Below, piece by piece: positions 23,122 to 36,085 of a stretch of DNA of 64,000 nucleotides. Source of the stretch: Octopus bimaculoides (lineage: Eukaryota); contig NC_068984.1 in NCBI RefSeq assembly GCF_001194135.2, positions 133,867,908-133,931,907 on the forward strand, read 5' to 3'. The position numbers and the translations under genes are program-made. Position 1 is the stretch's first letter. The number at the start of each line of letters is the position of its first letter. A model generated the notes under the pieces. The model had not been told where the DNA came from. It saw only the letters and a program-made list of their open reading frames with translations, and made no database searches.

Positions 23122-23600
23122 GTGGATGAATAACCTCATAATAACAACAGTTTCAAAATAATTGTTTTTACATTCAATACAGTCATTAACAAAATATTAA
23201 TTTCCTGTATGATCATCTGAATATTTATTATTCAGCTATTTTAATATTTATGGTAATATGTATTATTAAAAATCATAATACAAATGTATTAAGCGATGGT
23301 GGGGGGGACAAATACAGACACACAAACACACATAAGCACACACCTATTTTTTTTATGAACAACATTTTTGTTTCAGGATAAGAGAAATTAAAAGAAAGAA
23401 TAAATAACTTCATTGTATGAAATACTTTCATTTAGAAACAGTTTGTGTTGATTGGACATTGTACATAATTACAAAGATATATTAGTTGTAATAATTAAAA
23501 AAAAAAAAAAAAAAATGAACCTTCTAATTTTTAAAATTAATTATTTATTATTCATTTGTCCATACAAAATACTTTTTCTTCATTATATAAGGCCTTTTTA

Positions 23601-24313
23601 TTATAATAATAATAATAATAATANNNNNNNNNNNNNNNNNNNNNNNNNNNNNNNNNNNNNNNNNNNNNNNNNNNNNNNNNNNNNNNNNNNNNNNNNNNNN
23701 NNNNNNNNNNNNNNNNNNNNNNNNNNNNNNNNNNNNNNNNNNNNNNNNNNNNNNNNNNNNNNNNNNNNNNNNNNNNNNNNNNNNNNNNNNNNNNNNNNNN
23801 NNNNNNNNNNNNNNNNNNNNNNNNNNNNNNNNNNNNNNNNNNNNNNNNNNNNNNNNNNNNNNNNNNNNNNNNNNNNNNNNNNNNNNNNNNNNNNNNNNNN
23901 NNNNNNNNNNNNNNNNNNNNNNNNNNNNNNNNNNNNNNNNNNNNNNNNNNNNNNNNNNNTACCTATTGTCATAGGTGCCCTGGGAATGACAGCGAAACGG
24001 GCTGATTACTACCTAGCTCAGATACCAGGAAACCCCAAAATGGCTGAAGTCCAAAAGATAGTGCTCATGGGAACTGCCCATATCCTACGTAAAATACTGT
24101 CTATGTGATCTCAAATTTTAAAGCAAACATAATTTTCTTATGGTTTCTTAAACATTCACTTGAACAAAACTGTACAAATCCAAATATATGGTACCCTAGG
24201 CATAACACCTACATGAACTTCTAACTTGTTGTCTCTTGAGGTCTCTGGGTGAGACTTGGATCCAACTTGTACAAATGCAAAACAAAAGTCAAACATAAAA
24301 TAATAATAATAAT
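23601..24313 (+). mobile_element. Second R4/Dong-like retrotransposon 3' end (different subfamily) between (AAT)n tracts
   Basis: After the gap: [48 protein letters not shown] (TGA 24106-24108), a ~190-nt UTR, then (taa)n at ~24298-24313. (aat)n precedes the gap. Confidence 0.8.
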
Positions 24314-25464
24314 TTAAGTACATGGCCAACAATTTTGAGGGGAGGGGGAATAGTCAGTACCATTGACACCAATATTTGACTTAAACTTTATTAGATATGA
24401 CTTTCCCAAATGATGCAATTGATCAACATATAGTGTACTTCACCTGCTATTTTCACCATCTTATTATTCTTGATGGTCCATCTAACTTCCTTGCCTGCAT
24501 ATATCCTAAATTACTTGTTTTGACCACGCTTCTGTTACCTTGGTGTAGGCCTGTGGACTCTCTCTGTCTCCTTATTCAACCTTTCATAATACCATTTCCA
24601 TACCTCCTCCCCACTCATTTTTTTTTTTTGTTTCAGCAAAGGCAAATGTGTTGTTATCTGCACACACAATGGGGTCAAATCCTGAATCACGTGGTTGCAA
24701 AGCCAACTTATGTTTTACTTAAATTCTTCCTCCAGGAATTTTAACAGAAGCCACTTAATAATTCAGGATGTAGAGACAAAAGTGATTCTCATTTGAAAAC
24801 ATAAATATATGCATTCCCTTCTTCTTCTTCTCTCTCTCTCTCTCTCTCTCTCTCCCTCTGTGCTTATTTCTCTTGGTACAAGTCTATGTACATGACTGTA
24901 TATATTATTGCTACTTTTTTTTTCGATTAGCCCCGGAGCAATTCTGATTGAAGTAGTCCAATGACAAAATGTGTTTTTGACATAAACATCACTTGTTCCA
25001 TCTATTATTCAGATACAGCCTATCTAGGATGTGAATGCACATGTATTAGAGAGAGGGGGTAGGGAAAAAGAGAGAGAAGGAGAGAGAGAGAGAGAGAGAA
25101 GGAGAGAGAGAGAGAGAGAGAGAGAAGGAGAGAGAGAGAGAGAGAAGGAGAGAGAGAGAAGGAGAGAGAGAGAGATTTACATAGCTTAAGTGTACTAATT
25201 ATCTGGCTCTATTCATAATATTCAATTAATATCTTCTATCTCTCTTTGAAGAGATTGAAGAAAATTTAATTATTAAAAATTAATCAGCATACAAATGCAT
25301 GTATAAGTGTAGACAGCTGTCATATATTATATTAGCATTCAATAATTTTATCAAGCCATAGTGAGTATTTCATTAGAAAATCTAGTAAGAGTCAACATAT
25401 TAGATCCAGATCAGGTTTTTGACTTCATGCATTTAATTGCTTATGATTAGTTTGTGTGGAGGTG

Positions 25465-25765
25465 CATGCTAAGTGGTTAGGGCATTCAGTTCATGATTAT
25501 AACATTGTGAGTTCGATTTCTGGTAGTGTGTTGTGACCTTGAGCAAGACACTTTATTTCACATTGCTCCAGTTCACTCAGCCGGCAGAATTGAGTAGTAC
25601 TTGTATTTCAAAGAGCCAGCCTTGTTACATTTTGTGTCACCGAATCTCACTGAGAACCATGTTGAGGGTACATGTGTCTGTGGAGTACTCAGCAACTTGC
25701 ATGTTAGTTTCATGAGTAGGCTGTTCCATTGATTGGATGAATAAGAACCCGTGTCATCATAACTA
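25465..25765 (+). mobile_element. Family E SINE (tRNA head, core, tail shared with 48159-48545)
   Basis: ccttgagcaagacactttatttcacattgctccagttcactcagc core, then gtgtctgtggagtactcagc...ggctgttcc tail. Reverse copies at ~40255-40555 and ~51800-52100. Confidence 0.7.
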
Positions 25766-25803
25766 ATAGAATACCAGCTTTATTTACATTATTTACATTT
25801 ATA

Positions 25804-26220
25804 GGTGTAGGAGTGGCTGTGTAATAAGTAGCTTGCTTACGAACCACATGGTTCCGGGATTCAGTCCCACTGCGTGGCACCTTGGGCAAGTGTCTTCTAC
25901 TATAGTTTCGGGCCGACCAAAGCCTTGTGAGTGGATTTGGTAGACGGAAACTGAAAGAAGCCTGTCGTATATATATGTATATATATGTGTGTGTGTGTAT
26001 GTTTGTGTGTCTGCGTTTGTCCCCCTAGCATTGCTTGACAACCAATTCTGGTATGTTTATGTCCCCGTCATTTAGCGGTTCAGCAAAAGAGGCCAATAGA
26101 ATAAGTACTAGGCTTACAAAGAATAAGTCCCGAGGTCGATTTTCTCGACTAAGGGCGGTGCTCCAGCATGGCCACAGTCAAATGACTGAAACAAGTAAAA
26201 GAGTAAAAGAGTAAAAGAGT
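25804..26220 (+). mobile_element. Family A SINE, full length
   Basis: ggtgtaggagtggctgtg...ggttccgggattcagtcccactgcgtggcaccttgggcaagtgtc...(aagagta)n tail. Confidence 0.9.
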
Positions 26221-27258
26221 CTGCTTCTCAGCCCAGTCGAACCTTGGTTATAAGTACTTGGCAAACAGGGACAAAATAACGTGAGATAGCTTCCTTGAAA
26301 GCAACTTTCCTCTCTCTAAAAATTCTCACCTCATTGCTGAAAGCAGGGAAAATTCTCTTATTTATTGATAGAAAGAAGTTCAACAGGCATTTGATTTTGC
26401 CATGCTGGTTAGTGTATCGCACAATGCAATTGGATACAAAACTGTATCCTGTGTAAAACTAGACCAATCCAAGAAATAGACTCAGTCACGACTGGTTTAT
26501 GTGACCAATCGATAGGAACATGAAGGATGAGCTGATTTCTGACTATTTAACCATAACCAAGCAGTTTATAACAACAGTCTCGCTACAGAGTCATTCTCAT
26601 TCCCATCCAGGTGTATCTGGAAAATATGGCTTATCTTTTATCTTTTAGTTGTTACAGTCCTTGGACTACGGCTATGCTGGGGCACTACCTTGAAGGACTT
26701 AGTCAAACAAATCTACTCCAGGACTTATTTTTCAGTTTAGAACCTATTTTATTGGTTCCTTTTGCCAAACTACTAAATAACAGGATGTAAAACAAGCCAA
26801 CACTAGTTGTGAAGCAGTGGTGGGGGACAAACGCACACACACACACACACACACACAAAGACACACACACACACACACACGCACACAAAGACACACACAC
26901 ACACACAAAGACACACACACACACACACAAAGACACACACACACNNNNNNNNNNAGACACACACACACACACACAAAGACACACACACACACAAAGACAC
27001 ACACACACACACAAAGACACACACACACACACACACAAATAGAGATATACATATACATATATGCGTGTATGAGTGAGTGTGCATGTCTGTGTGTGTGTGT
27101 GTGTGTGTGTGAGTATGTATAAATGTGTGTTTGTGTCTTCCCATTGACTCGACAGTGTTTGTACACTCCATAAAAACAAAATCAAAGCCATCAAATAGAT
27201 GGCTTTAGATTATAGCTGCAGAGGAGACGTCTTGTATTATACTGACCACTTTGTCGGT

Positions 27259-27293
<35 letters not shown>

Positions 27294-27379
27294 GAGGAAA
27301 TCGTATCAAGTATCTTTCTTAGAAATGAGTGAGGGTTGGCAACAAGAAGAGTGTCTGACCGTGGAAAAATTTTGTTTAA

Positions 27380-27825
27380 CCCTTTCGTCACCAACCCGGC
27401 TGAATAAGTACTAGGCTTACAAAGAATAAGTCCTGGGGTTAATTTGCTTGACTAAAGGCGGTGCTCCAGGATGACCACAGTCAAATGACTGAAACAGGTA
27501 AAAGAGTAAATGAGTATTCAATGGATATTTGTCCTCACCATGTTTGTTGTTAACACAACATTTCGGGTGATATACCCTCCAGCCTTCTTCAGGTGTCTTG
27601 GGGAAATTTCAAACCTGGGTTCTCATTCCTAAGGTATTTTTCGATGTTGTTGTTATTATTATTGTGCAAATGTCTTGTTTTCATAAGTTTTGTATTAATA
27701 TCTTCCACCAAACCTTAGTCACACTAGCTGAATGATAACTAAGTTATTTTACTAAATTCTTTGTTATATTTAAAGTAATTGAAAGAAACAGAGACCATCT
27801 CAAAATAAATACAGTAACGAAAGGG
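27380..27825. mobile_element. piggyBac-type MITE (TTAA-flanked) carrying a nested family A tail and a hammerhead-bearing repeat fragment
   Basis: TTAA at 27376-27379 and 27826-27829. TIRs ccctttcgtcac / gtaacgaaaggg. The body matches the uninterrupted copy at 40940-41153. Confidence 0.85.
27552..27597 (-). ncRNA. Putative minimal type I hammerhead ribozyme motif (Penelope/retrozyme-like), slightly degenerate
   Basis: GACAC-CUGAAGA-A-GGCUG-loop-CACCC-GAAA-UGU-U-GUGUU. Stem I pairs, stem II has 4/5 pairs, stem III is a near-palindromic stub. Confidence 0.55.
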
Positions 27826-27864
27826 TTAACCAATGTTAGCAGTGGGGGGGGGGAGCAGCATTAA

Positions 27865-28035
27865 AATGGTGAGGATGACAATGACGATGAGGACAAAGAC
27901 AATGACAACAGCGATGATGATGATGATGATGATGATGCCACCGCCAGTGATGATGATGATGTTGATGGTGGTGATGATGATGATGTTGATGGTGGTGATG
28001 ATGATGATGTTGAATGTGGTGATGATGATGATGGC
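27865..28035. repeat. (GAT/GGT)n trinucleotide microsatellite field
   Basis: Direct reading. Confidence 0.85.
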
Positions 28036-28460
28036 TGCATGAGTTTAAGGCATACAAATGGTAGTAAATATACTCTGTACATGTAGTAGAGTTCAATAAT
28101 ATAGACATGCAGTTTTGTAGTTTAGATAAGCCTAAACGACAGGTGTGATGGTACCTTTGTGAAAGAGATTAAGCGTATGGTTATTATATAAAGATGTAAT
28201 CAGCAAAGCCAAGGTCTTGGCAAAGATATATTATCTTATAAGGAAAGTGGGAAATAGTTAAAATAAACAACAGTAGAAACAAATAAGTTCTGATTGTGCC
28301 GAAACCTTTGGTTTTTAGATTTTTTAGACAAAAAAAGACAGGTGTCTTTGGTGTTTATACACCACTATCAATGCTGCCACCACCACTGCTGTGGTTGCCA
28401 CCACCATCATCACTACTACCACTGCAGTTACATGTAACTTAGACTACTTTTAATATTTAA

Positions 28461-28740
28461 CCCTTTAACATTCAAACTGGCCATATCTGGGCCAAATATT
28501 CTACCAGTTTTATGTTGAAATGAGCCAGATCAAGCCTCTCACACTTACCCTACAATGTCGTTCTAAAAATATACAGGTGCAGGAGTGGCTGTGTGGTAAG
28601 TAGCTTGCTTACCAACCACATGGTTCCGGGTTCAATCCCACTGTGTAGCATCTTGGGCAAGTGTCTTCTACTATAGCCTCAGGCCGACCAAAGCCTTGTG
28701 AGTGGATTTGGTAGACGGAAACTGAAAGAAGCCCGTCGTA

Positions 28741-28771
<31 letters not shown>

Positions 28772-28892
28772 NNNNNNNNNNNNNNNNNNNNNNNNNNNNN
28801 NNNNNNNNNNNNNNNNNNNNNNNNNNNNNNNNNNNNNNNNNNNNNNNNNNNNNNNNNNNNNNNNNNNNNNNNNNNNNNNNNNNNNNNNNNNN

Positions 28893-28928
<36 letters not shown>

Positions 28929-29213
28929 TCCCCCTAGCATTGCTTGACAACCGATGCTGGTGTGTTTATGTCCCAGTCACTTAGTGATAGAATAAGTACT
29001 AGGCTTACAAAGAATAAGTCCCGGGGTCGATTTGCTCGACTAAAGGTGGTGCTCCAGCATGGCCACAGTCAAATGACTGAAACAAGTAAAAGAGTAAAAG
29101 AGAGAATTACATCATTGAAATGCTGAAGCTATGAGCTAATGAATGATTACTTCAAAGCAATGTGAATGAATAAGCATCATTACATTTGACAGAGGAATCT
29201 GAGTGTTAAACGG
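28461..29213. mobile_element. Second piggyBac-type MITE family with a full family A SINE nested at ~28576-29103
   Basis: TTAA at 28457-28460 and 29214-29217. TIRs ccctttaacattca / tgagtgttaaacgg. Confidence 0.75.
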
Positions 29214-30299
29214 TTAAGTCATGAAGGAAGAATATACATTGTTGCTTGACCTGTTTAGAAATAACAACCAAACGTCTCTCAAATCATACCCAACTATCTT
29301 CAAAAGATCACCTTGGTTAATGTTGTCTGGATTACATAATATCTTTAAAAAAAAATAAAGTTGGATGATCATAGATGGAACGACTTTAACCACAGGTTTG
29401 CTCAGTCAGAGTCGACTAAGGGCTGGCTAAACAACGAAAACAACAACAACTATTTCTGCTGCTACTGCAGATGCCACAGAGTTTTATATCCTTCTTCCAT
29501 CTTCTGTGCATAAAAGATATGCAATGGCTACGATAGGAAAATGAAACTGAAAAATTAAAGCTGGGTTAAAGAAGCTTGCTTGGAACTTCTGTTTTGCCCT
29601 ACGGAAATGATTAAATTTTCCAACATTGTTCACAACAGGATCTCTAAATCTTTTCTTCTTATACATGGTTGAAATTCCTGCCTATAGTAGAAAAGATTAT
29701 TAGCACAACGATTAAGGCAGTGAGCTGGCAAAATCGTTAGCCCATCATCAACAAAATGCTTGATAATATTTCTTATGTTCTGAGGTTAATTTTGCCTTTT
29801 CATCCTTTTGGGGTCAATGAAATAAAGTACCAGTCAAAACTGCTGGATTTGAGCCAAAATTAGAAAGAATTATTAGTATTGCCATTGCAGGGAAGTGGAT
29901 AGACAGAATCAGGGGAGTGTCAAACAAAATGTGCTACCACAACAGCTCCTTTATAGGATCCAGTTAGCTCAAGACATCATCAGGAGGAACCACGTCCAGT
30001 TTCGGCCCCTACTCCTCTACTGTTTTGACGTGGCGGGCCCCCTTCCTTTTGGAGGTGTCTTCAGCTCTGGTGTTGAGTGCATGTTTTCTTTCTTCTGTTC
30101 CCTGGCCTCTTCGATGCAGCATCAACGATTTTCAGCGGCCAACTGACTGTCTTGTCAAATTTCCCTTTGAATACCTGCTGCTAGGCTCCAGCAGGCAGCC
30201 CCAGCAAGTTGTCACGAAATTTGCATGGCACCTTGGGCAAGTGTCTTCTACTATAGCTTCGGGCAAGTTGGCATGAAATTTTTAAGGAGGTGGCATGTC

Positions 30300-30705
30300 C
30301 ATTACATCAATTTCAATGCTTGATTGGTAATTATTTTATCAACCACCCCCTTCCTGAAAGGCTGAACAGCAAAATTGACCTTAGCAGAATTTGACCTCAG
30401 AACATAAAGAGCTGGAAGAAACTAAGTGTTTTGTGAACAAAATGCTAATGATTCTGCCAGCTTGCTACCTTAATGGTAGCATTAATAATGGTTTCAAATT
30501 TTGGCACAAGGCTAGCAATTTCTGGGGAGGGTCTAAGTCAATAACATCGACCCCCAGTAAGCAACTGGTACTTATTTTATTGACCTTGAAAGAATGAAAG
30601 GCAAAGTGGACTTCGGTGGCGTTTGAATTCAGGAAGTGAAGATAGACGAAATGTTGCTGAGCATTTGATCCTGCATGCTAATGATTCTGTCGGCTCACGG
30701 CCTTA
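30300..30705 (-). mobile_element. Two family D SINE copies
   Basis: Same motifs as the other family D copies, at ~30300-30475 and ~30490-30705. Confidence 0.65.
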
Positions 30706-32244
30706 ATAGAAGAACTAATAATAAAGCCAAATATAGTTTGTTATTGTACTCAAGTCAACAGAGAAAGCTGCCATTGTGTAAGAACAATAATTATTTACAG
30801 TAAAAGATGACTTCAGTGATAAGAATTTATTAGGTTATAAATACAATGTAAACATTTTCCGGATTTTTATCTGATATGTGCATGGGCCTGTGTGTGTTTT
30901 TACAAGTGTGTATACAAATGTGTATGTGTGTGTGTGTGTATGTGTGTGTTTGTGAATGTGAGTATTTGTAAATATGTGTATACACTTATCATTTTTTCTT
31001 CAAATGAACTAGTTAAAGGAGGAGGAACAAAGCCCATGATGCAGTCATTCTCAGTTTTATAAGATCATTGTTTAGTTTGGATATCTGTAATTTGATATCT
31101 GCAGGAAAAACAGGACAGGTACTGAAAGCAAATTTCAGTAGATTGCCATTGTTGGAAGGAAGGATTTGGTAAAATGTTTATTGTAGTTTCCTAAGTGATG
31201 ACACAATGAGAGAGAAGCAGAGTGTATTTTCCCAGGTGAAGAAGGTATGCAGCGAAGAGCAGACTGTTACAGTAACAATAGAAAAGAGATGAAATAACAC
31301 ATCTGTAAGCAAAATGTCAGCTTTGTAATAAATCATCTATAGATCTGAAATAAATCAACTCATTACTAGATATTGTTCATATTTGTTTATATAAAACTGG
31401 TCTTCTATAGCACATTTTATTGATTTTTTTTTTTCAGGATCTATTAGTTATGATTTTTTTTTTTTGAAAAAAAAGAACTTCAAAGCAAGACAATACTCAC
31501 AGCTGTATGAAATCAATAGAGTTGCTGACCTACCTCTTGAAGAGTCAACATTTGTTATTCAGCCATTATTGATGTGTGTATTTTTGGCATTGATGCTTAA
31601 CTTAACAATGATCCTATAAATAGTTACTTTGACCATAAAATACTCTTAGTAAAGTCATAATATAACTGATATATGCTGTAATATTGAAGCCCTTTTCCCT
31701 CTATGAAGTATAGGCCATTGACAACTGTTCTTGTTCCTGGATTGCCTTTCCTGCTTTTCTCTGACTGGATTCCTGCAGCTTCCTTTCGAGTTTTATTGCT
31801 GTGTCATGTTTCCCTGAGGGAAGGCTTTCCTCTCTAAGGTCTTGTTGGTTTTGAATTGTCATCAACGCTTCTGTAACTTTACTTTTCTCTATGCATAGCC
31901 CTATGCAAATTCATTTTTACCTCTTGGAAGTGGTGGTCCATATTAGTCTAACCTCTAACGTTTGACTTGCCTTGAATAAGAGTTCCTAACAGGAGCTTGT
32001 CCTCTGCTGGCTTAGCTCTAAGGATCATTGAGGCACACAAACTACCACAAAACAAAAAGGACTAGACCTTGTGGTGGATGTATACTGTAATATGCAGTGT
32101 TAAAAAGAAATAATACTACATGTGATCATAATAGCAGGGAGATATGAATATGACAGACAATATTTTTAACAATGATAAAAGCACTTCACCAAGCAACTGA
32201 AAAATCTAAGTATTTAATAACTTTAGATGTTTTTCCACACTGTG

Positions 32245-32655
32245 ATATCATCATCATCATCACCATCCAGTGTTTTAAATCCAAGTTTTGTCCCTGTTAA
32301 TGGGGGTGGTCAGATCTACCTCAATGCCTTAGCAGCCACCCTCACATCATCTCACCATCTTGCCTGGCTTTCGGCGTCCTCCATTCTCAAGCCAACCCTC
32401 CCAATTTCCTCCTCCACCTGTCCCCTCTACTTTTTCCTCTGTCTACTTCCCTTTCACGGTCCATTTACCTCAAATGCAAGCACCCTCCTCAGAATATGCT
32501 CCTCATCCCTCCTCAGAATATGCTCCTCATCCCTCCTCAACACATACCACCGCACTCCATTTGCCCTTGCCAGCCATTCCACCGATTCCTCCAACCCCAG
32601 CATCCCCATGAAGTTCTCAGACCTCCTCTTATCAAATAGCTTCACACCACACTGA
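32245..32655 (-). mobile_element. RTE-clade LINE 3' fragment with a (GAT)n tail
   Basis: Minus translation LARANGVRWYVLRRDEEHILRRDEEHILRRVLAFEVNGP*KGSRQRKK*...GLRMEDA..ARW, typical of the RTE ORF C-terminus. A 24-nt tandem duplication lies at 32483-32530. Confidence 0.8.
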
Positions 32656-33289
32656 GTTTAAGATCTAATGTTATAAAATTATGAATCAAATTGAATTAAT
32701 CAACTTTAATTACAAGTACATTGGCCTACTTCAGTTGAAAAGTAGCAGTGAGAAATAGGATAGCACAGGCTGTGTTTTTTCCTTACATACAAATTGCTTT
32801 ATGAAAAATGTCATCTGCATTTTATTGAGTCTTGTCTCATAAAGTAATTCACACTATCATGCCTGTAATGTTTCTCTTTACTTGCAGTTGCACTTCCAAT
32901 CAGAACAATTTTCAATAAACTGGCCTGTGATATCTATAACTGAGATATCCATGTTACTGAGAAATTCGGTTGTAAGATTTCTTTCTGGTTTTCCAGTCCA
33001 TACAGTAGAGTTTTCAGTCTCAGTTTGGATGAATTCCTGTACTAATCACTGCATTAAGGCCAGGTCTTGAAAATCCTGCTTCTGGTATATTGTAACCCAG
33101 TATTACCTGTTTCATGGGTGGGTGTTTGGCAACTTGATTGGCTACCCAGCCTAGCTTGCAAGGTGAGGAGGATGTTGTGAATACCCTGCAGGCCTAAAAA
33201 CAAAGCCCTGTCAAAGGACAGATGAGTTCATTGTGAGCCACCAGCCATCCACATGAGTAGTGTTTTGTATAAACATTCTGCACAAAGGC

Positions 33290-34700
33290 TGGGAAACTAT
33301 GCAGTTGGTCCAAGATTGTAGCCATGAAAATTCCAATGAAAGAAATTTGCTCTTAAGTCGGTGTCAACCTCCACAAGTGATGTGTTATTGATAAAAAAGT
33401 AAATCTTGCATCTCTTCAATTGATAAATACTTACCACAAGACTATTAAAATCTTCCAAATATTCCACATTGACATTTTGCATTCTCCTTTCTTTGGCAAG
33501 CTGGTTATTGACTGCTGGTTCTATTTCTTTGATAAATTCTAGAAAATCATTGCATAATTCTTGCTATAGCTTTATCTAAACTTCTTTCATGCAATTCTTG
33601 ATTATTTTACTCCAATATGTTTTAATATTATCTATGACCATTGGAGATGTCTCTGAAAGATTATTTATCTTGGTCAAATGTTTCTTCAACAAGCTGTTTG
33701 AAGTTGTTACAAAGGTAAGCTTAATGTTAAAAATCACACCTTGAACCATGGGTTGATGTAAAGAAGTGTTGTTTTGTGGTAAGTAAAACTACTTTCACAG
33801 GAATGCAAGGTGGTGAAGTTCTGTGGATGACCTGAAGCATTATCAATTCCTAACAATGTCTTAGATTCAAAGTTATGCTCTTCACAATATTTTCACTGCT
33901 GAAAATAAGCATGAAACAAACCAGTGTGGTTTGAACATTTCTTTTGTCACTCTGACCTTCTTGTTAGATCTTTAAAACACACACACAGTTATTGTCCGTA
34001 TCTGTTGATGCTTTTCTGAATGATTAATAAGTGTTAACTTCCACTTGAAGCCTCCTGGAACACTGCCATAAAGTAGAAATGTTAAAGTCTTTCCTGGCCT
34101 TTAACAAGAGTCACTTTTCTTCTCGTGAAATTGAAGTGCAGGATTGCACTCCTTTCCAGAAATGCTTTTTTTTTTTGGCTACATTAAATATAAGTTGGCA
34201 AAAATAGTTGCTATGTTTGATGATAATCTTAAGAACCTGAGGAACTTCCTTTGCTATCTGAGTGTCTACACAAGCAGCTTCCTATAAATAGGGATGCTTT
34301 AAATTATGCCATCATTTGAATCTACCAAACCAAACTCTACTAACTACAAATATTTATGAATTATCTCCTTATTTTTGTGTCTAATGATGCTCCTCCTATC
34401 CTGATGATATGCTGGCTTAATAAATTTTGCCATATTCTCCCATCTAAGTATACCTGCTGTTTTTTTAAAATTTACTCTTTGAACAATTTCCCTTCTTTGC
34501 TGATGACAAAGGGTCATCATGAGAAAAGCTTTTATTTTGTCCCCATTTGCTTTACAAGACTGTTTTAATTGTTGATGTAGTGAAGCTTAAAAATGTTCCC
34601 ACATATATTTATCATTTGTACACTTTGAATTGGCCCAACACTTGAAATTCAACATCCAGAGCAATGTTTTACTTCACTGAACTTTCAGCATTTGGTTGTT
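33290..34700 (-). mobile_element. Highly degenerate pogo/Tigger-like (DDE_1) transposase remnant
   Basis: Frameshifted motifs LGIDNASGHP (~33824-33855), TSLHQPMVQGVI (~33733-33770), KAGKD..TFLL..GSVPGGFKWKL (~34030-34100) and WFGRFK (~34300-34335). Boundaries are approximate. Confidence 0.7.
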
Positions 34701-35369
34701 TTCCACTTGTGATTATCATAATCATCATTGTTTAATGTTCACTTTTCCATACTTGTACAGGTCACACAAAATTTGTTGAAGAGGATTTTCTACAGCCTGG
34801 TGTCCTTCCAATCACCAACCCTTATCTGTTTCCAAGTAAGGTAATATGTTCCCATGATCAGACATGCTTTCTCTAGAAGACTAGAAACAAACAACATTGC
34901 TTGTATGACATATTTACGCCATGTAGCCAGATTTTGTGGACACTCTGTAAATTGTTTACTCAGCCAATTTGCATTTTCTGTTTTCAGTATTTCACCTGTC
35001 AAGAAATGGAATTAAAACTGTATTGACTTAACACATTAACTGCCACACCCAGTTACTGAAACTTACTGGTGATGCCACGTATTATGCACCGTCACACTGT
35101 ATACTGTTTAATTACAAGGAAATGTAATTTTGCATTTTTACAATATTTCATAATTAGACTTTAATATTTAACACTTATGTTATTGAAATATCCTCAAGAC
35201 CATGTCCAAAGACATGGAATAAATTATTTTCTCAAATTATGAAAATGTTCCACTGGTGGCACATATGGTGGTTGTATGAAGTTTGTGATGAACCACTGGT
35301 GGCCCTTCTCAGGAACACATCTCATTATGGTTATAATAAGGAAACTTTTACCCTTCACACCTTATTAAT

Positions 35370-36085
35370 GTGGAGGTGTGTGGCTTAGTGGTTAGTATGT
35401 TGGACTCATGATTGTAAGATTATGATTTTTTCGGCTTGTGAAGATCTGTTGGGGCAAGTGAAAGTGAAATTGTGATGGCACCTGTACCAGTGGAGCGCTA
35501 AGAGCACCATCTGAGCGTGATCATTGCCAGAGCAGCTGTCTGGCTTCCATGCCAGTGGCACGTAAATAGCACCATTTGAGTGTGATCGTTACCAGTGTCG
35601 CCTTACTGGCACTTGTGCCGGTGGAACATGAAAAGACATTCAAGTGAGGTTGTTGCCAGTACCGCTGGATTGGCTCCTGTGCAGGTGGCATGTAAAATAT
35701 ACCATTTTGAATGTGGCCGTTGTCAGTACCGCCTGACTGGCTTTCGTACCGGTGGTACGTAAAAGCACCCACTACACTCTCGGAATGGTTGGCGTTATGA
35801 AGGGCATCCAGCTGTAGAAACTCTGCTGGATCAGATTGGAGCCTGGTGTAGCCATCTGGTTCGCCAGTCCTCAGTCAAATCGTCCAACCCATGGAAGGCG
35901 GACGTTAAATGATGATGATGATGATGATGATGATGACCAGGTGACACATTGTGTTCTTGAGCAAAACATTTGATTTCACATTGCTCAGCTGGTAAAAATG
36001 AATAATCCTGCAATGGACTGGCGTCCCATCCAGGTGAAGAATATACATGCCAGGAAACCGGCTCTTATGAGTTGGTATGACTCAA
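35370..36085 (+). mobile_element. Family E SINE split by a nested family C element (~35432-35936)
   Basis: The tRNA-like head at 35370-35430 continues at 35937 (ccaggtgacacattgtgttcttgagcaaaac) after the family C (gat)n tail. Confidence 0.75.

Noticed and set aside
25804-25880. tRNA-like A/B-box sequences (also 48159-48230, 61108-61200 and others)
   Set aside because: They are heads of multi-copy SINEs and do not form complete cloverleafs.
26228-26422. Minus-strand 64-aa ORF in unique-looking intergenic DNA
   Set aside because: No recognisable motif and no consistent exon boundaries.
29484-29666. Minus-strand 60-aa ORF (MYKKKRFRDPVVNNVGKFNHF...) preceded by an AG
   Set aside because: No homology recognised, no partner exons, and part of the flank is SINE-derived. 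A third gene cannot be excluded without RNA-seq or BLAST.
29955-30085. GC-rich minus-strand segment containing CUGAAGA, GAAAC and CUGAUGA
   Set aside because: The hammerhead core words are present, but I could not build stem I or a valid cleavage triplet, and the second core lacks its GAAA.
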